From Toensbergia leucococca (Eukaryota): 64,000 bases of DNA. Every line of letters begins with the position of its first letter. The stretch's first letter is position 1. This document shows, in pieces, positions 35,032 through 47,623 of the stretch. Under the pieces are notes generated by a model. That model was not told where the DNA came from. It made no database searches and was given only the letters and a program-made list of their open reading frames with translations. A program made the translations under genes and the position numbers. The stretch lies in contig JALDZS010000053.1 in NCBI GenBank assembly GCA_022813965.1, forward strand, positions 1 to 64,000, written 5' to 3'.

Positions 35032-36516
35032 TCAAGTCGGCCGCTTCGTCGATTCCACTTCCGCCAATTCTTCCTCATCATTTGATCGTCTTGGATCAGC
35101 AACTTGATCCTTCAGTTCATGGGTGTATAGCTTTATATTCACAAACATAGCAAACAAACCAAGATCATAGCAGATTCGCAAAGCACCCGCAGCCACGAAA
35201 GCGATCCAAAATTTATCGTTATCGGCGAGTATGCCGGTCACACTAGGACCAAGAGTCGCAGCTAATGTCCTCAACATACTAGTAATACCCATGACTGCTG
35301 TACGCTCTTCGGGTCTCACTACCGCTGCTATAAAGGCTGATCTTGGCGCCTGATCCATATTGTTCAAACCTACGCGGACAAAAAATAGCGTAACAGTCAG
35401 AGGGACTCCCTGGGGAATAGGGAAGAGTAGAACCGCCACAGAGGACGGAAGATGTGTGAAAACCATGGTGTTAATGAGACCGAGGCGTCGAGCAAGGGGG
35501 CCGGCGAAGACCGTGGAGCAGGAAGCGAGAACATAGCTCGCTGATATGATGTCTCCAAGGGTCGATTTCGATAGATTGAATTTTCGGTCAATGTAGTAAT
35601 TGGTCAAGGAATACGAAACCATTCCATCGGCGAGGGAATCCACAATCAAGAGAAACCATAATTTGTACATGATCAAACGAGTGTCCGACAAGATCTGAGC
35701 AAACAGGCTTTTCTTCTGAGGCGTTTCCGGCTTGAGAAACGGTGCCGAGCGTAAGTCCTGACGGTCTTCATCATTGTCCTCGTCTGCAGCCTCAGCCCTT
35801 TGCTGTCGCTCGTCAAGTAACATCTCAGACGCCTCAGTTCCCGGAGACGTCTGTGCAACTTCGCACTTTTCGCTCATTAATAGTGTGAATATCATAGTCA
35901 CTACTCCCATGACTATATACAGCCAGAATATTGCATGATACGCATCCGTTATTGCCCATCCGTCGAGCTTTTGTAAGAAATCAACAGCGCGTCCAGAAAA
36001 CTCGGTACCAGCAGCGGACCCAAGACTTGAGGTTGTCACGTACCATGACAACACATCCGAGCGTGTTTTAGGCGTGGTGAGATGGGACAATGTAGACTCT
36101 TCGATGGCACGAAAGGGCCCGAAATCACCACCAGTTGCGCTGATGACGCCAAACACAGCGGCAACGAGGAGGATCCAGAAGTTTTCGAAAACGGCAAAGA
36201 CTGCTCCTGACAGTATCATGAGGAAGGCACCCGCAAAGAGCACACGGCGGCGGCCAACCCTGTCGGCGACCAGAGTCAGGAAAAGAGAGAGGAGAAGGTC
36301 TCCGAGGAGGGTCAGTGTCATGAACAGGCCAATACGGAGATCTGAAAAGTTGAGAGAGGAGAAAAAGAGGGCCATGATGAGAGAATTGGCTCCATAGGCG
36401 AACATGCGACAAGATCGTCCGAGAATGATAAGCCAGGCATCGCGGCCAGTGTGATAGACAGAAGCGATGCCAAATTCATTGTAGAGCCATTTGATATATT
36501 TGAAAAGGAACGACAT
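35032..36516 (-). CDS. MFS general substrate transporter (12-TMS), intronless
   Basis: Motif A copies LVADRVGRRR and GPLARRLGLIN, the segment GGDFGPFRAIEES, and multiple hydrophobic helices. Confidence 0.9.
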   Translation of the reverse strand: MSFLFKYIKWLYNEFGIASVYHTGRDAWLIILGRSCRMFAYGANSLIMALFFSSLNFSDLRIGLFMTLTLLGDLLLSLFLTLVADRVGRRRVLFAGAFLMILSGAVFAVFENFWILLVAAVFGVISATGGDFGPFRAIEESTLSHLTTPKTRSDVLSWYVTTSSLGSAAGTEFSGRAVDFLQKLDGWAITDAYHAIFWLYIVMGVVTMIFTLLMSEKCEVAQTSPGTEASEMLLDERQQRAEAADEDNDEDRQDLRSAPFLKPETPQKKSLFAQILSDTRLIMYKLWFLLIVDSLADGMVSYSLTNYYIDRKFNLSKSTLGDIISASYVLASCSTVFAGPLARRLGLINTMVFTHLPSSVAVLLFPIPQGVPLTVTLFFVRVGLNNMDQAPRSAFIAAVVRPEERTAVMGITSMLRTLAATLGPSVTGILADNDKFWIAFVAAGALRICYDLGLFAMFVNIKLYTHELKDQVADPRRSNDEEELAEVESTKRPT

Positions 36517-37855
36517 TCCAAGCTACTAGAAGTCTATCATATAAGGGTAACTGTGTGATATTAAAGTATATAGAGAAGCAAGAGAGGCTAAGTACAATAG
36601 GGCTATGAAGCGTCTGCTGCTAGGTTGAGGTAGATCCTGAAAGTAATTCAGTAGTCCTTTCGAAAAACGCCCCTAGCCAAAGGGATGCCGAACGGTCTGT
36701 GAGAATACATAGGATATGGCAGGTCGGTATGATGTTGAATCGCTGCATCCTCTCAGTTGCAGCAGCGGGGAGTCTGGTAACCACGTCATAGATAAGAGAA
36801 TAGAGTGACCTAGCTCTTAGATATTGAGTCTTGCTCTCAGGCACTCTCTACCGGCATTCCCGGTGGTGAGAACAGTCAATGTTACAGAGAGTGGTATTCA
36901 AGCAGCCACGTTCAGGGGTCTAGAAATCTATGTCGCTGATTGGCTGAATTAAAGATAACCCCGGTGCCCTGCAATTGAGGAGGACATCAAGTTTTATAGT
37001 AAGCATATCTAATACACCATCGAGTCCATCTTGTCACCTCTCATTTCAGTCAAGTAGTCATAATATTGAAGTTCAGTATTTGATTTATGTAATCTTTCAA
37101 ATTTCCGGTGCTGAAATCAAAAAGAATTCTCCCAATCTGGCACAATTTGGCCTTGAGATCATCTAACCTAACCCTAGAATAGGGCTTGGCGAACCGCATA
37201 CAAGTATGCGACCCCCCCACCCCATTTGGCATGTTTCAGAGCCTCATAGCTATCTGATTTTGTGTTTAAGCTACCCTCACGAATAAGTCCACGATACAGT
37301 CATTCAATTCATGACTCTACGCGGATAAGATCACACCAACAGGTGGCTTCCCCAGCTTCTCCTCCTGGGAGATTTCTTATGAAGTAGGGAGGCGTGGATT
37401 GGAGAGTTACCTGAGGCGAGCTTGGATGGGATTTCGTGGATGATAAAGATGTAAGCGTTTAAAAGCGATGAGTGGGAATGTAGCCATTTGTTTGAAGTTC
37501 CGACTCAACAGCAACAACATGTAATCGCTCGAAGACGGTTCTTTTTTAGGGAATGAAAGAAAGTCACGTGAACTACAATCGTGGGGAAGAAGAGTAATAA
37601 TTATCCCTCGAATAGAAATACACAGTTGCATTAGAGAGGAAACGCGCCAACAATCTGAGGGTATCCAACCAAAACCAAAAACACTCACTGGGATCCCTTA
37701 TCCCGATGGTCATTGTGCCTCGTCTCAGCGTATCATATGGATCCAACGAGCTTCGAAAGAGCGACTGTTCTTTTGACAAGCCTCCGAAACACTAAGGTGC
37801 TTTTCGTAGGTATTGACCAGTTAAATTCAATATAGCAGCCACGGATCGGAAAGCT

Positions 37856-39032
37856 TTAAATGTTCTCGACGTTGCGAGCGTTTGCCGCTTGCTGCAAGCC
37901 ATCGTTGCCTTCGTCTCGTGCCTGCCTTGATCCCTGGCCATAACTACTGGGGCCCTCGCCATAATTATCCGCCTGCACTAGTTGCTGCTGCACAGTTTGG
38001 TTCGTCGCCGGCAAGAAGATGACCTTGCTGTTGGCCGTCTTCGCCATTGCCTGCATCGCCTCGAGATATCTGATCTGCATAGCGGGCGCTGACGAAAGGA
38101 TGTCAGCAGCTTGGCGCATCAACTTCGCGGACTCGACTTCGGCGCGGGCAGCAATCACTTTGGATTCTCCAATACGCTTGCTCTGGGCTGCCATGCTTAG
38201 AGAGTCTTGGAGCTCATTGCTGAAGATGATGTCTTTGATGAGCATGCTCTCAACCTGGACACCCCATCCCGAAGCAACGTCTTCGATGATTTCACCAATG
38301 GATTGAGCAATTTCTTCTCGGCGCTCGATGACGTCTTGAAGAACACGGGCGCCAACAACGTGGCGCAGGGTAGTCTGCGTGCGCTCAACAAGGGCTTGGC
38401 GGATGTTGGAGATGCCGAAGGCTGCTTTGTGAGGAGATGTGATGTGGTAGTAGATGACGGATGTAAGGTGGAGAGTTACGTTGTCCTTGGTCATGCAAAC
38501 TTGTTTGGGTACCTCTACCGAAGATATTAGTAAAGCCTCTGAAATGATGAGAATAGGAACTATCATACCAACGATCTGAATCTTGACATCAACTTGGATG
38601 AGCTTCTCGGATAGCGGATTGATCTTGACCAAACCTGGATCGACAGCGCGGTAGAAACGACCGAATTTGGTGACAAGACCAACATTTCCTTGACTGACTG
38701 GTTTATAAGGATTTGGGCACACGATACAGCAAGGAATGGCGCCGGCGAATCCGACACATGTTCCAAGGGTATTGACTGCGCAAGGATTAGGATGCTGAAA
38801 GCAAGATGTGGCTGCGCAAAGACATACTCATGGATCCATACCAGCCATGACTCCCAGCGTCTTCGCTCTCACCCATCAGGGTCTGAGCGTATGCTGGCTG
38901 CAAGTCCTCACGACGCGGGGGTTGGACGTTGATTAGATTGCTGCCAGCGCCACCGGGGCCACCATTACGGAAGCCATTCTGAGGAGTGCCCGAAGTCTTT
39001 CCATTGCTTGCGTTGTCGACAGCGGAACTCAT
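37856..39032 (-). CDS. Stomatin / SPFH (band 7) family protein
   Basis: Introns 38827-38776 and 38568-38515. Motifs GLVTKFGRF, QVCMTKDNV, QTTLRHVVG, WGVQVESMLIKDI and AMQIRYLEAM. Confidence 0.93.
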
Positions 39033-40842
39033 TGTATCGGTTTCAGGTGAGGTTGTAGGAGCAAGAATACTGCGTGTGGAAGACAGTTTGAATAATATCC
39101 TTCAGATATCCGGGGTGGACTTGGATAAATATATCGAGCCTCGAGTTAGAGGTGATAGTGGCGTAGTCGATGTGAGATTGATTAATGATACCTTAGTCGA
39201 AGGCAAATAGTGGTGACGATCAATATCTTATGTAGAATGGAAGTGGTCGAGTGAGCGCCCTCCACCTGCCAAGAACAGCAAGGCGCAAAACTACAGGCTA
39301 AGCCGGGGCTGTGAAGCGGGTCAAAAGCTTAGCATCGATGCCCTGCGCATTGTCAGATGAACGAGTCATTTCCAAATGACCACTTCCTCAGACCATCTCT
39401 CAATTTACAAAAGTATTAACATCATAGCCATGAGAGTTTCATTCTCACTCGCCATTGTGTACTCGTTGAATCATCATTTTCGTAGTAAGAGATTGAACAG
39501 AAAATTGCAACGTTTTGCACGCCACCACCACCACCAGGAAGTTACTACTAGGTATTCTGATTAATCCTTCCAAGGCGCAATTGATCTTCACGGTGTGCCC
39601 ATAGCAAAGCAACCTTGGTATCTTACTCAAGCAAAAATCGCGCAACTGAGATGCTCTAAACAACATATTGTAACACGGGCCCGGCAAAGCGGCCTCTGAC
39701 AGATTCTATTTCTTCCTCTGCTCCCGGTCACAGGATCAAGTGGCGAGGCGGTGCACTTTAATTGATTCAACTTCAAATCCAAATGAACCAATCAAAAAGA
39801 AGGCTATCGGATCAATTATCCAATCAATCATAATTGACGACGTTTCCCCGCAAACAATAATTAGTCCTAGCACGTCAGTCATGCTCTGCACGCCCCAGAC
39901 ACCGTAGACCGACAGCCCACCACATGCTGGCGCCTGCCGACCCAAGGCTCGTAAGTTCGGAAACAGCGTCTCCAATTCTACCGTTTACGCCCGCAGCATC
40001 CAAACTCAGCCGGAGACATAAATCCCTCTCTCAACACCATCTTTTCTTGTAACCCAATGTCTGGCCTCAGCCCAGATAGAATACTTGATGCCTTGTGTTG
40101 ATCATCACTGTCAATCTCTAGGGTATGAGGAATTTTATGGTGGGTGTGTAGATCTCAAAGGTTGCTATTGTTAGGACACTCAATCCATCTAGAAATTACC
40201 CATCTTTGCCATCCTTCCGCATAAATGGTGCATTGGTATAGCACAACGGTTTTTACTTTGAGGTGGCGTTTAGTGATGTGGCTGATCTGGTGCATGTTAA
40301 AGTAACATACGTTCCAGTCGATAGACATCTATATGCCTGAAGTCTCAGACAACTAGGATCGTCCACAGAAGAAAACTATCTTTGGGTTTCGGTTCGGTGA
40401 AAGTTTGAGAAATGCAATACTACATGCTGCAGTCTAGACATGAGGATGATCTTTCGGATCCATTCGATTCAGTATGCGTGTCTGAGTCGGTGCTGCTTTG
40501 TAGACATGTTTTGATTGAAGAAGGCTGGATTCGAAAGATATTGCTTGTTCGCCCGTATGACTGGACATGGCATCTTGGTGCCCACTTCGCGGCTGCTCGA
40601 GGGCTTTGAGCTATTCAACGGCGAGGTTGTAGCGTTCATCCTCACGACTCCAAGCTCAAAATACGCTCTCTGCATAGCCCGTGAGTCCTGATACGCCACG
40701 AGCTGACGTCTTGAAAGACACGTTGTGACAACCCATCGAGGATTTTTCCTATCTTGCATACTCAGAGTAAGTTATTGATGACCCTCTTGATGCCCTCCTT
40801 CATGAATGTCCCTCGTTCTAATGGCTTGAGTCTTAGATCCTC

Positions 40843-41847
40843 TCAAGTTATCGCACAAGCTTCGTACCAATCGTCCAAATCCATATCCTTGAGCAAAGTC
40901 GAGAAACCCTCAGCACTCGTGTTGTTGCAGACGTTGTTCTTCTGTGTTGTACTGACATGAGGAGCTGAATTTGGGTATTCGATGTGAAATACCGGCTTTC
41001 CGGCTGTGATGAAAGGCCGAAAGAGATCGCATTCCGAGTACTGTACGCACTGTTCATTGACACTCCACTGCATCTTCTCAATCACATGTGGGAGAATTGC
41101 GCCGCCGTTCTTGAGGCCGATAGACAGGCTACGGTTGTGTGCCGCAGAGGCGAGGAAGTCAAGGTACGAGATGGCGTCGATTTGGGTTAGGCCGAGCCCG
41201 TTGTCATTGTCGTAGGCATCAACATTGTCAGGATCGACACCGTCACAGCCCTTAGTCACCGCGAGGTCAAGACGTGCAAGCATGATGTTCCTAACGCTGG
41301 TCAAATTGGTATTGAGCCACCACTCACCGGGCCAGCCGTCCAAAGGTTTCCCGTAGTCCGAGGTAGAAAAGTTGCCAGCGTCGGGCCGCCAGTTCTCGAA
41401 GCTCCCCGCTGAGAAATAGCAGATAACCTTTCGATTTTCGGCATGAAGAGAGTTGACGGCAGACGCGTTGTTCATGAAAAGATCGATGTCAAAAACTTGA
41501 ACATCGGGAGAGGTGTCGTTGAGAGCGTAAGGAAGCACGATTTGCCAGCTTGTACCATTCGCTGGTTTCCAAAATGAGCAGCCGTTTGTGCAGTGCCCGT
41601 ATTGGGTCGTGGAATTGCTAAATGCCGTGCTATTATCACTGCCCAAATCCGACCCATAATCGTCACTACTCGAACCGCCTTGTGTCAAGCCCACGCCAAG
41701 CCCGACTACAAGACCAATGGTAATGATAGAGCATATAGCACCTAGCATGACCTTCCGGCGGATTGACCATTGTCTGAAACCATTACGCCTTCCGGTAGTA
41801 GGGGGTGCTTTGAAAGCTTCTTCGCCAATTGGAGAAGACATGATCAT
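40843..41847 (-). CDS. GH114 endo-alpha-1,4-polygalactosaminidase (Ega3-like) with an N-terminal membrane anchor
   Basis: Motifs SWQI, DIDLF, VICYFSAGSFENWRPD, GWPGEWWL, KGCDGVDPDNVD, GLKN, VNEQC and GKPVFHIEY. The TM helix VMLGAICSIITIGLVVGLGVGL follows a basic patch. Confidence 0.9.
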   Translation of the reverse strand: MIMSSPIGEEAFKAPPTTGRRNGFRQWSIRRKVMLGAICSIITIGLVVGLGVGLTQGGSSSDDYGSDLGSDNSTAFSNSTTQYGHCTNGCSFWKPANGTSWQIVLPYALNDTSPDVQVFDIDLFMNNASAVNSLHAENRKVICYFSAGSFENWRPDAGNFSTSDYGKPLDGWPGEWWLNTNLTSVRNIMLARLDLAVTKGCDGVDPDNVDAYDNDNGLGLTQIDAISYLDFLASAAHNRSLSIGLKNGGAILPHVIEKMQWSVNEQCVQYSECDLFRPFITAGKPVFHIEYPNSAPHVSTTQKNNVCNNTSAEGFSTLLKDMDLDDWYEACAIT

Positions 41848-44187
41848 AAATTCAAACTTCTGCCTGTAGGCAGATGGGGTAAATATCTGATCCTCCCCAT
41901 ATACTTATAGATGGCACAGACAATTAGATCATAGCGTAGGAGAGTAACAAGATTAAGGTGAACATCAAGAGATGTTTTGAAATAATAAGCAAGCACGAGA
42001 CTCCAGACTGCAGCAAAAACGAGATTCAACACCACTGTGGGCAATGGTGCAAAAAATGTAGACTCGCACAGCTGTAGTCCAAGAGTGCACCAAAGTAATC
42101 TATTGCATCGATTCAACAAGTTGGTAATCAGCTATTTGTACCACAGTCCCAACTCGACTTGCTGTAATGAGGTCTTGGCACGAAGGGGCGGAGTGCTGAC
42201 GGGAGCTAGGGCTACCCCGATCTGGTATCGTGTTCATGTAGTCCGAAGCTTCATTCAGGAAGACGTGTCCGGGGTTAAAACCAATCAACCCCAGGTTTTC
42301 AGGCAGCTGGGAGCTTGGTGCGAACTCGATTGCGACAACCACCTGTAGCGGATTTCTTAGGAGTAGCCTAGGTTACTTAAAATACCTTACTCACCTGAGT
42401 TCCCGGCCCTTGCTTAAACACAGGAGGGCTTAGATCATCTTTGATACAATTGTTTAGAGTATCGGAGAAACTCACTACTATCATTGCACGGTGATAGTAT
42501 TTTCTGTAAAATATTCAGGGGCTGATTTGAAAAATTCTAGCTGCAAAAATGCCTTGTTCTGTATGTCCGTCAGCGTCAATAGGAGATATTGAAAAGGTAC
42601 GGGTTTTGCTGAATTAGTTTATTGCTTCAATGGATGTATTTGTTTGTGAAGCTCAATTGCTTTTCTCTATCGGTGCTTTTGGTCTAGGGTTTGCTTCCCT
42701 GATGAGTCTTGTGATCCGTTGAAAACTACTTGAACAGCATTCATCAGCCTTCTGAACGAGATGAGGTCTTGCGCCATTCATAACATCAATCGGCTCGAAG
42801 CAACTGATGACACTGCTATGCTTGATCAAAATTTCAGTTCATTGTTCAGTAGAAAATGAGATTTGCGAGGAAAATTTACCAAAGCAAAATCTTGCAGAAC
42901 ATCCAGCTCTGACTATATCTCCACATTTTGCTGCTCATGCCAAGAGCGCGATTCGTGGTAGAGCTTCACGTCACAGGAGCTCACGATCGTAAAAACATCA
43001 TTCGAATCTTCGTACGACGTGCTCAGGAAAAGGGTACTCTTTTTGCATATCGTTGAATTTGAGAAGACTTCTAGGCAATTTTGTGAGTGCTGCTTAACCG
43101 CAATCCCATCTCTTTATCAAAACTGATATCCTGGCCTTTGGTAGCACCGGTGCTTTACCATGCCCGCCGTGGATCCGAACGTTCAGCCATGGCAAATTGT
43201 CAAAAACAGCAGGACTGAAAGCATGGGAATTGAAAACCACAAAAATCCGTTGACTTTGATAAGCCAACCTCTCATTTTACGGCACAACGTCGGTACAATC
43301 AAAACTTTGGCATAAATTGACTTCTGCAAAGTAGTAGAGGATGTGCCAGCAGATGGAACGCCATCTTTGCGTATAGGAGAGCCATTCAGATATCGAAACT
43401 GAATCATGGAGGCAGAATTGGTAAAGTTACGCGAGGATAATGACACCGTGGTGGAGAACGCCATCTAGCTTGCCATCGCGGTAGAGAAAGCCGTGCAGAC
43501 GGGACGAGGGCCAGCATTCATAGTCAATGAGACGAATGCATAATCTCTCCATCACCTCCTTACCTAGTGTCTCAAGAGCTAAAGCAAGTAGGCAATTTTA
43601 GGATCCTTTACTGCTCCACAATAGGCCCTAGGCGGTTGTTGACATGAGGAAGAGCACAGCTTTACTCAAATTTATAGAGGAAGATGAAGTCACTCTTCCT
43701 CAATATTGGAATCACATAAAAGGTCGCTCCTCTACTTGTTTGTGGGGCACCAAAGCTAAGTCCCGAGACCACGTCCTGGGAATGAGGATCATAAGGTAAC
43801 CACAAAAATAGAAACCTACCTTTAGTCAACACAACAATGCTACATCTGTGCCTACCTTACCTAGCGACGCCTAGACTCACAAGCCTGCATATCATCTCTG
43901 CAATATGACATACATCCCGGCTCTTCCTTCAATTCAAAGATAGGGAGGGACTCATCACTGCGTTGTGTTGCAGTATACGTTGTTATGTCAAAGAAGTATC
44001 TTAGTTGAGCAAGTAATCAAATTGTTTCATAGCATACACGCTAAGCCGGCGAACCAGCTTTGAAAGAAATCTAATTATGTGCGAGCCTTGCCTAATTCCC
44101 TGCCATTGAATGGATCATCTCGCCAGAACTAAGAGGTATCACAGCCAGCGCCAGAGCTCATCTCACTCAAGCTTCGTTGCCCAAAGC

Positions 44188-44836
44188 TTAGTTGCCAGTC
44201 TTCTCCTTGACAACATCCTTGGTCTGCTCCTTCTTCTGACCCAAGTACTCACTCAACCATGCTAGGCTATCGCTAGTGACAAGCAGCCCAGTAGTGATCA
44301 CAGCCTTGCCCCCAGAGACGACGCCATCACCACCACATTTCTTGTACTCGCTTGAGTAAGTCTTGAGCACATAATCTTTCCCGCCATTCGCCAAACGGAA
44401 GGGCAAGAATGCCAAGTCGAACAAGCTACCCTTGATAGTCTCGGTGTCTTCCTTAACAATAGGAAAGGTCTGGTCGACCTTGCTAAGGCCATCGGTGGCT
44501 AGGGAGTCGGCTTTGGCGACGTAGGGTGCCACATAACCATAGGGGCCCTGGGCGTAAGGGAGGATGGGCTTGACAAAAGACTCGTAGCCTTGCTCGCCGA
44601 TGGAGATTGATTTTTGTCCGAGAGGATTGCCTTTGATGATCGAGATAGAATCGTGGACGACGGGGTAAGAGGTTAGATGCTGGCAGCATGGGAGTGTCAG
44701 TGGATTTCCAATAGGTCAGAGTTACTCGCATGTCTAAGATAGACGAAGTGGAAAAGCTTACAGAGATGAAATCGGATGATGGCTTATCGCCGTTTACAGT
44801 TGGTTGACTCATGGTGGAGTTTTCTGCGTGAGGCAT
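44188..44836 (-). CDS. CAP20: Perilipin-like lipid-droplet protein (CAP20/MPL1 family)
   Basis: Intron 44761-44680 gives SSDFISHLTSYPVVHDSI..NPLGQKSI..PYVAKADSLATDGLSKVDQTFPIVKEDT. Confidence 0.85.
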
Positions 44837-46009
44837 GGAGTGTCTGGTGATGAACGGTAGGTTCTTAGCTTAGGGATCACTTGACGACGAGTGGGATCAC
44901 AGCTAGCGATCAGTGCAGGAAGAGGGTGTAGACGTACGAAAAAGGTGTCCTGTGAGGTTGTTTTTGCTTTTTGGTGAGGTTGTTGACGGAAAAGGTTCTG
45001 AGAGAAAGTGGGATGTGAGTTGTAGGTCGATTCGCATGTGAAATAGATACATACCCTGCAATCAACCGGAAATTTTCCAAAGCTTGTTCCCTGTTTGTTC
45101 TGTGGCACAAGCTTTATGACTGGAGCAAAAGAAGATTGGGGAAAGAGATAGAGTGCGATTAGGATTTATTGCGCGGCTTGTTGAGAGGTCGAACCATATT
45201 TTCGTAGTGTTGACTGGTCACTCTGGCATGTGAATATCAAAAAACCCCCCATAACTCTTGTATCTTCGCTGGTCAACGTCCAATTACATACTGTACGGCG
45301 ACCTTTGTTACGCAACAGCAACAGTGCTACCTACTTAGGTCCACTTGGCTGCTAGGTTCAGGTCAAGCTTCCTGGATCCTGCCGAGCCTGAATCGAGCAG
45401 GAATCGTGCCATCGATACTCCGTAGCTATCTGATAAACTTCCCGCGAAGCGCCACACCACGACCTGTATCTTGCTAATGCCATGCGGGTAGCCTTATCGC
45501 GGCTGACTATGCACCGGCACACTCTGCAACAGCACCTATTACTGTCGCTGTCCTATTCAACATTTAGAATGCCATGGTGGTCTTTTCGCCCTCACGATTA
45601 CCATCACCAATCGAGCCCCAAGTTGTCAAATTGGCATCAACAAGGCAATCAACTAAGCCAATTGAGCATTCCCCACCGTTACCGACAGTAATTACATGTG
45701 ACAGTGCGCTTGCAGTTCAGGGGTTTCGCCGATTTGTCATTCGTTAACCCCCAGACCTCTTGGAATTTAAAATTACTTATGCTTTCGTACCTGGAGCGCT
45801 GAAGGCTTGACCTCGCTCAACGCAAGTGATCAACTTTTGATCTTTGACCATCTGAGCCTTTCCATTCATCTATCCTCTCAACATTCCAATCGATTATGTC
45901 TACAACGTTGCGTCATTTGCAACCATGACAGTTGCAAGTTGCAACAGCATCTCGCTATGGATTTTACGAACATAACCAGGTTGCCTTGTTCATATTCAGC
46001 TCTTCAAGG

Positions 46010-47336
46010 TCATTCTAGCATAGACGCCTGATTCGTATACAACACATCCACCACATTGCTGAGCTTCTCGATAGTCTCCAGGGCTGCGTCGTACCCTTGA
46101 TCCCTTTCCGCCTCGTCGTAAACAAGGAGACATCCGGCTCCCTGATCCAAGACCCCGATGATGACTTTGTCCAAGATCATTTGCGATAACTTCCTCTCCA
46201 CCTGTTGCGTGTCTAAGCCGACCATTTTCGCAATGTGCTCAATTTCCACTCTGCTGAACGGTTCAATGACCTTGATCAGATTCTGCTCCAGCATAGCATC
46301 ATACAACCGCCTGAGGTGATTTCTTATGAACGTGTCACTACCAAGCTCATACCTATAATTCGATAGCGCCTTCTCGTAGTCTTCCAAGCTACGGTTCGAA
46401 TGTGCGCGGGCGACTGCTTTCATGGCCTCCAAGTTTTTGCCCGAATACTTCATGGCCTGTTTCGAGGTCATGAGGTTGTTGACATCGTCGCCTAGATTCA
46501 GCATGATTTTACATAACAGCATATACTGTAACGCTGAAGTAGCCTTTTGAGTCTCCTCTTGTGAATGATACCCTTCCAACGCTTCGATAAAATATGAAAA
46601 TGCGGTGTTAAAGTCCTTGTCTTCGGCATGTAACATGCCGGACTGCATATCAAGCCCAGCCTGCAATAAAGGAGGTGTATAGACCGAAGCCGCAGATGTT
46701 CGTGCTGAGGTTAACGCAGCTTTCGCTTTGGGCTGGTTTCCAAGAGCGTGATAGACTCTTGATTCCAGGAGCTGGACCTCGACAAGAACAAGTTTGTCAT
46801 CCAGTCGTTTCAGCTCTTTGAGCAGGCCGTTGATGAGTGTGAGGGCATCATAATATGATTGTTTCTGCATGTAAAGAGATACGAGACGGGTCTCAAGGTT
46901 CTGGCGTAGGAAGCTTCGTCGTTCTGATATCGCCCACTCTATGCATGACTTGGTGACGGAGATTTGTATATCAACGGTATTAGGGATAGCAGACAATAAA
47001 TCGAGTAGCTGGCGAACTAGCATTAATCAGCGATGGGATTAATAGTTTGATAGAGTCAACAATCATACCTAGCTTCGCAGTCTTTGCCTTGGCAAAAGAA
47101 GAGAGCGTCGATCGACTTGTTCTTACAAGCTTGGCAAGCTCATCGGGTTTCTTGGTATCTCGATAGAGCTCTCCCAACCCTATCAACGCGGTTTCATATT
47201 CCCGCAGCGCTGCCTCTCCAGACCCTGGGCCTTTGGAAAGTATATCCTCATAGAGAGCTTCAGCTTTGGAAGGATCAGTCTTGCGAAATTTCTGGGCTTC
47301 CTCTATCCGCTTCGTATTGACGGGCGCGGGGGCCAT
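46010..47336 (-). CDS. RPN6: 26S proteasome regulatory subunit Rpn6 (PCI domain)
   Basis: Intron 47068-47017. Motifs KAKTAKLVRQL, ELKRLDDK, ALTSARTSA, DFNTAFSYFIEA and IEPFSRVEI..VERKLSQMILD. Confidence 0.96.
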
Positions 47337-47623
47337 AACGAGTTCCAAACGTCACGAAGAGATGAGGGTTGAGCTGAGCGCAGATGAGCTGTAGAAGATT
47401 TATAAGGCCAATCCTGGAGATCAATGTTGTACCCTCGTATCCGTACCTTGACCTCAATCTTCAGGTACTTTCCCGCGCGTAATTAGAGTTCTCGCTTAGA
47501 ATATCATTAATAATCCCTGCTCATGAGCATCATAGAATAGCCGAGGCCGGCACCTCGAATTTTTGGGTCGGCTCCACCAATGCAGTGAAAGATTCAGCGT
47601 CGTGGTTCCTAAGCAGAGTAACT
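47337..47623. promoter_or_regulatory. Putative bidirectional promoter between RPN6 and SOF1
   Basis: 287 bp separate the divergent start codons. Promoter function is inferred from this geometry. Confidence 0.55.

Noticed and set aside
39730..40790. Weakly protein-like frames and intron-like signals between stomatin and GH114
   Set aside because: The frames are interrupted by stops and match no family I can name, so a call is unsupported.
42698..42730. CTGATGAG...GAAA resembling a hammerhead ribozyme core
   Set aside because: The intervening gtcttgtgatccgtt does not form a stem II closing directly on GAAA, and I found no convincing stems I or III.
43180..43545. Plus-strand frame IMEAELVKLREDNDTVVENAI*LAIAVEKAVQ, suggestive of a coding remnant
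   Set aside because: Too short and unidentifiable without a homology search.
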